Below, piece by piece: positions 55,814 to 64,000 of a stretch of 64,000 nucleotides of DNA. Made by a program: the position numbers and the translations under genes. The first letter of the stretch is position 1, and every line of letters begins with the position of its first letter. Where the stretch lies: IMG/VR virus record IMGVR_UViG_3300027396_000022, positions 14,773 to 78,772 of that record, one strand, 5' to 3'. The notes below the pieces were generated by a model. That model was given only the letters and a program-made list of their open reading frames with translations. It had not been told where the DNA came from and did no database searches. The DNA is from a virus.

Positions 55814-58800
55814 TTGAACTTCTCGGGCTTACGGAGGAAGAATATAAAGCGCACAAAAAAGAATTACTTTGGCAAAACAGAGAGCGTTCGGCTGAATATG
55901 CGCATATACCAGATATTCGATGCGATCCCCTAACAATCAGCATCATCAGCCTAGTTGTAGGTGTCTTGTCTACAGCAGCTAGTTACCTTTTAACTCCCAA
56001 GCCAGCTCAAGCTAACCAAGCTCGCATCCGCAACCGCCAGCTCGACAGCATCACCGGGCGTGATCGTTTCGCTCCTACTTACGGCTTCCAAGCAGGACAA
56101 GACATCTCCCGTTACGGCGAAACAATTCCTATTATTTTTACCAAGCAACTACAAGATCCGTCCCTAACCAATACTGCTGGCGGCTATACCGGCGGTGTGA
56201 TGATCAGCCCCAAGCTGGTCTGGTCACGGCTATTTAGCTGGGGCAACTACCAATCTGCCGACCTCGTATTTTTGGTCGGGCAAGGGCGTATGTCGCGTGC
56301 GTTTGATCCCACCAATGCGACCCAAAAAGCCGCTGATCTCGCTGGTCTTTTCATCGGCCAATCACCGATTGACTCCCTTAGCGACCAAGATTTCTCTTGG
56401 TACTACTACCAAGGCGGTGAACCCAACGCAAACGGCATCGGTTACAGCACAGACAGCCGCCTAACGGGTCAACATTACCGCCACGGTGAGTTCAACAAGA
56501 TTGATAACCCCCAGGTCAACGTATTTTTTGCTCCAACATTTGCCGGCGGTGACAGCGAAGCGTTTTCTCACACGTATTCGCCTAGCAATCAACTTCGTTT
56601 TGGCACGTACAACGCCATCCCGAATGGAACGCCTTATCGCGTCAACTGGCAAATCGCCTCACGTTTAGCGGATTACGAAGAGGAAGCTAAAAAAGATGCC
56701 AACGCTCGTCGCCTTCAGGTTGCGGGCAACTACGCAATGAACGGCACGGGCAGAAATTATCCACGCCGCGTAGGCGTTCTCCGATTTGTTCCAAAAATAG
56801 GCAGCGTAGAAACGGCTGATGCAATCACCGGTAACAACGGAAAACCGATCAGTACCGTTGTTGTTGGCGATTTAATCGAATTACGTTTTGGCGGGACAAA
56901 ACTAGACACAAACGAACTTGAGTCGCAATTATTTAATCAAGACGCAACTCGCTATCGCAAAGGCGCGGTAGACAATGAAAGCATACGATCTGACATTAGC
57001 GGCGAGCTGGAGCAATACGATAATTTGCTTCAATCTGGTGAAAAATTTGTAATCGGTAATTGCTTATTTTGTGTCCTAAGAAGAGATATACCTGTATTTA
57101 ACCGCAACGGATCAGCGGACATTACTGTAACGCTGCAATGTGAAGAAATATACGACGCCGCCCAAGGGTCCATCGGCTTAGTAAATCCGACGTATGTGTT
57201 TAACGAAAAAGCACTTCCCGAAAACATTAACGGTCCTCGCGTAGACATTGGTCAGGCATGGTATCCGCTGTGCCAACAAGATATAGCTTCGTTCCAAAAT
57301 GTTCGTCAGTGCAGTTACACCGAAATCGGCATCCGTTCACAAGTGTGGATGCGATTCAACGGTCTTACAAACTTCATCTCCCTACCAGGACCAGCAAAAC
57401 TATCGGATCTAGACGACCGTAATATCCAAGTTCAGGCTGGTACTGTCCAAACCTATGGGATGCGCTACAGCTTTTTCTCGCTGTATGTACGTCCAGCAGA
57501 TGCTGGACCAAGTGCTAGTTGGGCACGCATCAATCAAATCCCTTTGGCCGTGCGCGGTAATGCACCACGCGATATTTTCAACTACTTACGAATTGCTCAC
57601 CCCTTAAAACAGTGGGAATTCCGCTTGCGACCACTAAGTTCGGGCGAGCTAGTTCAAATTATTGGCAGCAATAGTGGTTTTTTACGGCTAGACACTAAAG
57701 AAAATTTCGTAAAAGTTCCTACGCTTGTCAACAATCAGCAGTTTACGTTTTACACTAAAGGCATTGAAGAGCGCATTGGTGATATAGCAATTAGCCCGCA
57801 AATGGTCAACGGGCGCCGCAGCAATCCGACTACAACCACGACATTTACTTTTGTTGTGACCTTGGTGCGAGCAGAAGTAAACGGCGTTACCGCCAACGAA
57901 AAACAAGTAAGTAACGGTATCGCAAAAGCAATTAACAAAGATCCCGACCCAGATGCTTCTGAGGGTGCGTACCCGAATGTCCCTTGGAGCGGCACACCTT
58001 TAGGCGGTACATATACCTTTGTAGATGCCGATGCCGCATTGTTCAAATTAACCGGAGCTGACTCAACCGAGATGCAGCTCAAGATGACTTTGCGTGCAAC
58101 TCAACTACTCGGTCCGTATAACAATAATCGAGATATTTGGTGGACTATTGACAGCATTGATCCTATCTACATTTCTCCTGGTGTTACGAGTACTAAATGG
58201 AAAGACGGTACTGAGTATCAAATCAGTAAAACTTTATTTGACGGTAGCAAGATTACTTATACCTTCCGCCTGAACATCAGAAAAGCTGACAAGCAAACCA
58301 ATATCGACGATGCCGAGCGCATTTTTGAGGCCAATGCGGCGATCTCTGAAGTCTCCCATTATGGCGATTTAATTACCCGCAGTTGCGATAGCGCTGCCGA
58401 ACACGAAATCGTTTACGTCAACGAAAGTATCGACCCCGGAAAAAACGCTACCTACACGGGTTGCGCCATGGCGGGCTTAAAAGTTCGCAGCTCCCGCAAC
58501 CTTGCCGGACTGGAGCAACTGCACATCTATCAGAAAAACGGCATCCTCGTAGAACGCCACGAGCGCACAGCGCAGGGCAACATCATCAGTTACGCCGCCA
58601 CCGAGTCATCCAACATTTTCAGCGATCTGGTTTATTACTTACTGACCAACAGCCAAGCGGGCTTGGGTGAACTGATTGACAAGAATCAGATTGATCTTGG
58701 CTCCTTTGCCACGACGGCATCCTTCCTGAAAGCCAATAAGTTGTACTACGACGACGTGATCGTTGAGCCAACGAATATCCGCGATTTTGTCGCCAGTATC

Positions 58801-59652
58801 GCGCCGTCCATGCTTTGCAACATGGTCACACGTAACGGCAAATTTGCGCTTGAGCCTGCGTTGCCCTATGACCCGACCACCTACCTGATGATGCCGAAAT
58901 TCCCGGTAACGCCTTCGATTTTGGTCAAAGCGCTATTTACGGACGGCAACATCATCGAAGATTCCTTCGAGCTGAATTACCTCAACTCAGAAGAGCGCAA
59001 GCCAATGAAGGTGGCGCTGCGTTACCGCTCTGAATATCCCAACCGTTTCCCGGAAGAGCGCACAGTGTTGGCGTCGTACAACAACGATCCGGCATGGTCA
59101 AACGCCCCAATCGAAGAGTTTAATTTCACCCATATCACCAGCTACGAACACGCTGCCCTCGTCGCCAAGTATTTCCTGAGCGTGCGCCGTAATATCACCC
59201 ACACGATTAGTTTTAAAACCACGCCTTACGGCAACGCACTGGCACCAGGTGACTACATCCGCGTTGTTACACAGCAGAACATTTACAACACTGCTATTTA
59301 CAACGATGGTTACATCACCGAAGACGGCAGCGTTATTTCATCCGAACCACTGGCGCAAAATCAGCAGCACGACGTTTTCCTCTGGGACCGCTCAGACCGC
59401 GAAGTCAAAGAAACGCAAATTTTCGTAGACATCAACAACAAAGTACAAAGCGACAAAAATGCCTTCTTTGCGATCCGCGATAATAGCAATACCTACAACT
59501 TGGTGTACTTGGTCGAATCACTGCAGCTTGACCAAGACGGACTGGTGCAAGTCGTCGCCAGCCACTACCCAGTCACACTTGCCCGCAAGAGCGTGATTTC
59601 AGAAGAAATCAATGTCCAGACAGGCATCTTTACAATAGAAACGTCCACCTGA
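55783..59652 (+). CDS. Central tail tip/host-specificity protein (gpJ-like)
   Basis: Homologue of 16033-19893. Confidence 0.75.
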   Translation: MPLLPYEKDLIELLGLTEEEYKAHKKELLWQNRERSAEYAHIPDIRCDPLTISIISLVVGVLSTAASYLLTPKPAQANQARIRNRQLDSITGRDRFAPTYGFQAGQDISRYGETIPIIFTKQLQDPSLTNTAGGYTGGVMISPKLVWSRLFSWGNYQSADLVFLVGQGRMSRAFDPTNATQKAADLAGLFIGQSPIDSLSDQDFSWYYYQGGEPNANGIGYSTDSRLTGQHYRHGEFNKIDNPQVNVFFAPTFAGGDSEAFSHTYSPSNQLRFGTYNAIPNGTPYRVNWQIASRLADYEEEAKKDANARRLQVAGNYAMNGTGRNYPRRVGVLRFVPKIGSVETADAITGNNGKPISTVVVGDLIELRFGGTKLDTNELESQLFNQDATRYRKGAVDNESIRSDISGELEQYDNLLQSGEKFVIGNCLFCVLRRDIPVFNRNGSADITVTLQCEEIYDAAQGSIGLVNPTYVFNEKALPENINGPRVDIGQAWYPLCQQDIASFQNVRQCSYTEIGIRSQVWMRFNGLTNFISLPGPAKLSDLDDRNIQVQAGTVQTYGMRYSFFSLYVRPADAGPSASWARINQIPLAVRGNAPRDIFNYLRIAHPLKQWEFRLRPLSSGELVQIIGSNSGFLRLDTKENFVKVPTLVNNQQFTFYTKGIEERIGDIAISPQMVNGRRSNPTTTTTFTFVVTLVRAEVNGVTANEKQVSNGIAKAINKDPDPDASEGAYPNVPWSGTPLGGTYTFVDADAALFKLTGADSTEMQLKMTLRATQLLGPYNNNRDIWWTIDSIDPIYISPGVTSTKWKDGTEYQISKTLFDGSKITYTFRLNIRKADKQTNIDDAERIFEANAAISEVSHYGDLITRSCDSAAEHEIVYVNESIDPGKNATYTGCAMAGLKVRSSRNLAGLEQLHIYQKNGILVERHERTAQGNIISYAATESSNIFSDLVYYLLTNSQAGLGELIDKNQIDLGSFATTASFLKANKLYYDDVIVEPTNIRDFVASIAPSMLCNMVTRNGKFALEPALPYDPTTYLMMPKFPVTPSILVKALFTDGNIIEDSFELNYLNSEERKPMKVALRYRSEYPNRFPEERTVLASYNNDPAWSNAPIEEFNFTHITSYEHAALVAKYFLSVRRNITHTISFKTTPYGNALAPGDYIRVVTQQNIYNTAIYNDGYITEDGSVISSEPLAQNQQHDVFLWDRSDREVKETQIFVDINNKVQSDKNAFFAIRDNSNTYNLVYLVESLQLDQDGLVQVVASHYPVTLARKSVISEEINVQTGIFTIETST

Positions 59653-59657
59653 GCGCC

Positions 59658-60041
59658 ATGGCATACCCATCGTCTGTGGTTCCCACCTCGCGCTCGGTGC
59701 GACTGGGCGATTATCCGGTTCGGTCGTTTCGCGCTCAAAACGGTAAGGAACTGCGGATGCTGTATGGCAACCGCCGCAGCGGGCAGGAACTGGAACTGAC
59801 CTACGAAAACATTTCGGATTCGGATGTTGTCGGTTTTACCGCCCACTACGAGGACATGAAGGGCACACACGGATCCTTCGATGTTCCAACCTCCAACTTT
59901 GACGGCTGGGGCGCAAATGTTGCCTCCCCGTTTCAAGAACCCCAAAACAACCTGTACCGCTTTGCGGATGCGCCTCAGATCACTAGCGTGAGACCAGGGC
60001 GTAGCACCGTTGTTGTCCGTCTCGTGAGCGTAATCCGATGA
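59658..60041 (+). CDS. Distal tail protein (gpM/Dit-like)
   Basis: Homologue of 19896-20276. Confidence 0.55.
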   Translation: MAYPSSVVPTSRSVRLGDYPVRSFRAQNGKELRMLYGNRRSGQELELTYENISDSDVVGFTAHYEDMKGTHGSFDVPTSNFDGWGANVASPFQEPQNNLYRFADAPQITSVRPGRSTVVVRLVSVIR

Positions 60042-60454
60042 GCAAGATGTACACAGGCCGCGACGGTCGCATGTTGCTCGGCACCACCGACCTCGGCAAG
60101 GTGACCAACTGGACCCTGCAGGCGGATCTGGAAACACTGGAGACCACCTCGTTAGGTGACTACCAGCGCGAATACACACCCGGCGTGCAGTCCTTCAGCG
60201 GAAGCGCCACACTGCTGTATTACAACGACGGCACCGCAAACGACGCCAGCACGCTTTTGCGTGAAATCGTCAAAACCGGCAGCGTGACAACACCAGTAAC
60301 GCTGACTTTGCGGTTGACTGATGGCACAACCAACAGCGATGCAACCTTCAGCGCTTATATCACCAGCGCCAGCATTGGCGCATCCGTGGGCGAAGTATCG
60401 TCAGCGCAAATTAGTTTCCAAGCCACTGGCGCACTGACCACCGCAACACTGTAA
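60038..60454 (+). CDS. Tail-tube-fold minor tail protein
   Basis: Homologue of 20319-20759. Confidence 0.6.
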   Translation: MSKMYTGRDGRMLLGTTDLGKVTNWTLQADLETLETTSLGDYQREYTPGVQSFSGSATLLYYNDGTANDASTLLREIVKTGSVTTPVTLTLRLTDGTTNSDATFSAYITSASIGASVGEVSSAQISFQATGALTTATL

Positions 60455-61329
60455 TGAGCGTCTACCTTGGCACTTACGGTTACGTCGCCCTTAAGCGCAC
60501 ATCGCCAACACAGGCTGTGCAAACAGTGCTGCGTATCGGTGACGTAAACGCTGGTGCCAACCGCTTTCTTTTACGCGACGACAACAATACATTTGTAACC
60601 GGCGATTACATTTACATCCAAAACAACGCCGTTGCTGATCTCGACTTTATCGCTGCAAGCGGCTGGTACGACAGCCAAAGACACCGCGATGGCAACTGGT
60701 ACATCAATGTTGACGATGTAGGCGGCATCAGGCTTTACGACACTTACGCCAAAGCGATTAGCGGCAACTCTGCCGAAGCTGTTGATATAACCGTACCCGC
60801 CGCAGATTTAACTCTCAACATCACAATTCAAAACAAGGATTACTTAACTCTCGGACAGGTCACTAATTACGAGTTAAGCACACAGCGCGAAACGATTGAC
60901 GTTACTGCTTTAAGCGACCAATTCCGCTCGCAGTTCGGTGCGTTAATGTCCGGCTCTGGTTCGCTCCAAGCGCACTGGAACTATCAAAACGCAGGCGAAC
61001 AATCCAACTATTTGCTGCAGCTTGCCATTCGTACTGAAATTGGCAGCACGTTTGACGCCCGGTTTTACATCAAAACGGCGGAATACACCTCAGGGATGGG
61101 GATCGACGAGACAGACGACGAGATTTATTACGAGGTCTCGGGCGTCATCACACAGGCTGGGATTGCCTTTTCGCCAGATTCCATTGTTCAAGTCAACGCT
61201 GATTTTGTAACCACTGGTCCAATCCGCTTGAAGGTGCGGACGCTGAGTTACGACGAACTGCTCCAGGAAACTGGCGATCGCATCCTGCAAGAAAACAGCA
61301 GCTCAATTCTGCTGGAGTCATCCAACTAA
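60454..61329 (+). CDS. Minor tail protein
   Basis: Homologue of 20762-21682. Confidence 0.6.
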   Translation: MSVYLGTYGYVALKRTSPTQAVQTVLRIGDVNAGANRFLLRDDNNTFVTGDYIYIQNNAVADLDFIAASGWYDSQRHRDGNWYINVDDVGGIRLYDTYAKAISGNSAEAVDITVPAADLTLNITIQNKDYLTLGQVTNYELSTQRETIDVTALSDQFRSQFGALMSGSGSLQAHWNYQNAGEQSNYLLQLAIRTEIGSTFDARFYIKTAEYTSGMGIDETDDEIYYEVSGVITQAGIAFSPDSIVQVNADFVTTGPIRLKVRTLSYDELLQETGDRILQENSSSILLESSN

Positions 61330-61361
61330 ACTGGTAGCTAAGAGCCTCCAGCCGTAAAGAC

Positions 61362-63791
61362 GTGGCCGATCTAAAAATTTCCCAGCTAACGTCCCTGCCT
61401 GGCGGGAGCGTAGATGCTGGCGATGAACTGGCGATTGTTCATTTAGGCGATACCCGTAAGGTCACGGTCAAAAACCTGCTGGAAGGCGGCGTTGATGACA
61501 TGGATTCGGCTACGATCCCAAGCGCCAAGGTCGATTTTGCCGCTGGTTCCATCGTTGCTGCCTCATTGGCGACTGATGCGGTTACAACAGTCAAGATCCA
61601 AGCTGACGCGGTAACTGGCGCCAAGCTGGCTGATGATTCCAGCGCCGTTGTTATCGCCACCAGCCTGCGTGGCAGCGGTGATTTTGAAGGTCAGCTTCAC
61701 GTTGATAGCGATACCGATAAGGCTTCCTACTGGGACGGCAGCGCATGGGTTTATCTCAAGGCTGCAGGTTCTGTCAACACAGTCACGGGCGTCACCAGCG
61801 GCATCGTCAACATTGTTTCTGCCGCCAGCAACGACTCGATCACGCTGACCCCATCACTAGACAACACCAGTAATGCCAACGAGTTTTTGGCTGGTCCTAC
61901 AGGTGGTGGCGGTGCTGTTGCTTACCGCACGATTGATCCATCAGACCTGCCTTTAGCCAACACCTCACTGCGTGGTGCGGTGATCGTCAACGGCAACGGC
62001 TTGACGATGGATGCAGGCGTCATCGAAATCGACAACACCGTCACCGCACAAGCCAGCCCGGTCTTCCACAAGATCGCTTACAACGCCCAAGGTCTTGTCA
62101 CCAGTAGTTCCTCTGTCGCTGGCGCTGATCTGCCTGTTGCCACATCCAGCACACCTGGCGCTGTTCAGCCTGGCACTGGTCTTGTTGTTGATGGCGTCGG
62201 CGTCCTGAACCACGACAACGCAGTTGCTAGCGGCACGGTCAGCGGCATCAGCTACGACACCGAAGGGCATATCACCAATGCGGTGCCCTTGGTTGCCGGC
62301 GACATTCCCAACCTCGACGCCAGCAAAATCACAACGGGTTCGCTGGATGTAGCCCGTATTGCTGCCAACACAGTTACTGGCACAAAGCTGGCGAACTACG
62401 CCATCACCAAGATTGGTGACACGCAGCCGACTGCTGACCAGATCGGCCAATTCTTCTTTAATCCGCTGACTCGTGACCTGTTCCTCTGGGACGGCAACGT
62501 GTTCCAGCCGATCGGCATCTCGGTCGGTGAGATTATTTTCGCTGGCACGTTCGATGCGTCTGCCGGTGGCGGCACCGGCTTGGTTGCTTCGGTAACTGAC
62601 GAGGGCACTGCAATCGGCTTAGTTGTTGGTCAACCGTTGCCAGCCGCCGCAGCGGCCAATAACCGGTACTACCTCGTGGTGTCGGAGGCTGGCACGATCA
62701 CCAGCGGCAACGCACCAAATGTTGCGCTTAGCCCGCCGGACATTGTGCTGTCAAACGGCAACCAATGGACTGAAATCGACGTTTCTCAGACGATTACCAG
62801 CGTTAGCGCCAACCAAGTCAGTTACACACCAAGCGGCAGCGTTTCGGCTAGCAACGTCCAAGCTGCAATCGACGAGCTTGACACAGAGAAATTAGCCAAG
62901 GCAGGTGGCACCGTTACCGGTCAAGTGCTGATTGGCACGACTGGCTCGCTGGCGTTTGAAGGCAGCACAGATAACGCTTTTGAAACCAGCGTTGCAGTTA
63001 CCGATCCAACGGCTGATCGCACCGTCACGATCCCGGACCAAGACGGCAACTTCCTGATTAGCGGTAACGCCAGCATCGTCAACGCTGACATCAATGCCTC
63101 CGCTGCGATTGCAGACACAAAACTCGCCACAATCAGTACCGCCGGCAAGGTAGCCAACTCGGCAACCACTGCCACCAACGCCAACACCGCCAGCGCCATC
63201 GTTGCGCGTGACGCCTCCGGTAACTTCAGCGCGGGCACAATCAGCGCAGCCCTGAGCGGCAACGCCAGCACCGCGACCGCACTCGCCACCTCGCGGAACA
63301 TCCAAGGTGTTGCCTTCGACGGCACCGCCAACATCACGGTCGTCACCGCCGGAAGTGGCATCTCGGTAACCGGCACAGCGGTCGCTAACACCGGCGTCCT
63401 CTCGGTGAACGGCAACGCTGGCGCGATTACAAACGTGGCGGTAACTAATGCCGCCCAGAGTTTTACTGCACAACAACGCGGGACAATTTCTGCACTAACA
63501 GATGGCGCAACGATTACGCCGGATTTCAGTGCTGCTAATAATTTCAGCGTTACGCTAGGGGGAAACCGAACACTGGCTAACCCAACTAATTTGACGGCTG
63601 GAGCTAGTGGCTGTATCTGGATTACGCAAGATGGCACCGGATCGCGGACCTTGGCTTATGGCAGCTACTGGGACTTCACCGGTGGCACTGCACCAACGCT
63701 GACGACAACAGCCAGTGCGCGAGATTGTCTGGTTTATTCAGTGCAATCCAGCACGCAGATCACCGCAACCCTGATCACCAACCTGAGCTGA
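61362..63791 (+). CDS. Tail fibre protein B
   Basis: Homologue of 21711-24035; IVARDASGNFSAG repeat; TQDGTGSR C-terminal domain. Confidence 0.85.
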   Translation: MADLKISQLTSLPGGSVDAGDELAIVHLGDTRKVTVKNLLEGGVDDMDSATIPSAKVDFAAGSIVAASLATDAVTTVKIQADAVTGAKLADDSSAVVIATSLRGSGDFEGQLHVDSDTDKASYWDGSAWVYLKAAGSVNTVTGVTSGIVNIVSAASNDSITLTPSLDNTSNANEFLAGPTGGGGAVAYRTIDPSDLPLANTSLRGAVIVNGNGLTMDAGVIEIDNTVTAQASPVFHKIAYNAQGLVTSSSSVAGADLPVATSSTPGAVQPGTGLVVDGVGVLNHDNAVASGTVSGISYDTEGHITNAVPLVAGDIPNLDASKITTGSLDVARIAANTVTGTKLANYAITKIGDTQPTADQIGQFFFNPLTRDLFLWDGNVFQPIGISVGEIIFAGTFDASAGGGTGLVASVTDEGTAIGLVVGQPLPAAAAANNRYYLVVSEAGTITSGNAPNVALSPPDIVLSNGNQWTEIDVSQTITSVSANQVSYTPSGSVSASNVQAAIDELDTEKLAKAGGTVTGQVLIGTTGSLAFEGSTDNAFETSVAVTDPTADRTVTIPDQDGNFLISGNASIVNADINASAAIADTKLATISTAGKVANSATTATNANTASAIVARDASGNFSAGTISAALSGNASTATALATSRNIQGVAFDGTANITVVTAGSGISVTGTAVANTGVLSVNGNAGAITNVAVTNAAQSFTAQQRGTISALTDGATITPDFSAANNFSVTLGGNRTLANPTNLTAGASGCIWITQDGTGSRTLAYGSYWDFTGGTAPTLTTTASARDCLVYSVQSSTQITATLITNLS

Positions 63792-63795
63792 TCTG

Positions 63796-63936
63796 ATGAT
63801 TCCCGGAAGCGCTAATCCCCTCCTGCTTGCCAGTGCTGCAGCCGGTGGATATTCCATTAGTAGAAGCCTTCGTTTCAACAGTAGTGACAGTGACTTGTGG
63901 CAAAACCTTTGTAATACACAGGAGGCAGCAAAATGA
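63796..63936 (+). pseudogene. 46-aa N-terminal adhesin stub, interrupted at the FNSSDS site
   Basis: MIPGSANPLLLASAAAGGYSISRSLRFNSSDS|DLWQNLCNTQEAAK*. Confidence 0.7.
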
Positions 63937-64000
63937 CTATCCCAGGAAGCGCAATATCTCTTCTTCTTGCAGGCGCAGCTACCGACCCTAACCTTGTCGA
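63874..64000 (+). repeat. Direct repeat, copy 2 (runs off the window)
   Basis: Identical to 24127-24253. Confidence 0.95.
63933..64000 (+). CDS. Second copy of the Gly-rich/LamG adhesin gene, 5' end only
   Basis: MTIPGSAISLLLAGAATDPNLV, identical to the start at 24186. Confidence 0.8.
   Translation, partial: MTIPGSAISLLLAGAATDPNLV

Larger units (their letters stand above)
24127..63873. mobile_element. Phage segment B, apparently one full genome unit of 39,747 bp
   Basis: Carries lysis, early, replication, terminase, portal, head, tail and fibre modules once each; flanked by a direct repeat. Confidence 0.85.

Overview
The window is entirely tailed-phage DNA with a siphovirus gene layout, resembling cyanophage-like freshwater phages. 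It contains two different virion-gene sets. Segment A (1-24126) has three glycosyltransferases, a DUF2213 protease/DUF2184 capsid head module, tail genes, tape measure, tail tip and tail fibre. Segment B (24127-63873, 39,747 bp) looks like one complete genome: adhesin, tyrosine recombinase, lysis, dCTP deaminase, leftward early/recombination/replication genes, terminase, portal, a different capsid, tail, tail tip and tail fibre. B is bounded by an exact direct repeat of at least 127 bp (24127-24253 = 63874-64000, cut off by the window end). In both phages the repeat starts at the same codon (TTCAACAGTAGTGACAGTG, 'FNSSDS') of a short stub ORF behind the tail fibre. Behind the first stub lie a self-contained Gly-rich/LamG adhesin gene, an orphan 'FNYARAR*' C-terminal remnant and a convergent tyrosine recombinase. 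My best hypothesis is a recombinase-linked, site-specific adhesin cassette shared between otherwise different phages. The A-B join is either a real phage-phage cointegrate or an assembly path through the shared cassette. Four candidate programmed frameshifts, a repeated promoter/operator motif and a structured intergenic element were also found. Family assignments come from motif recognition only; no database searches were run.
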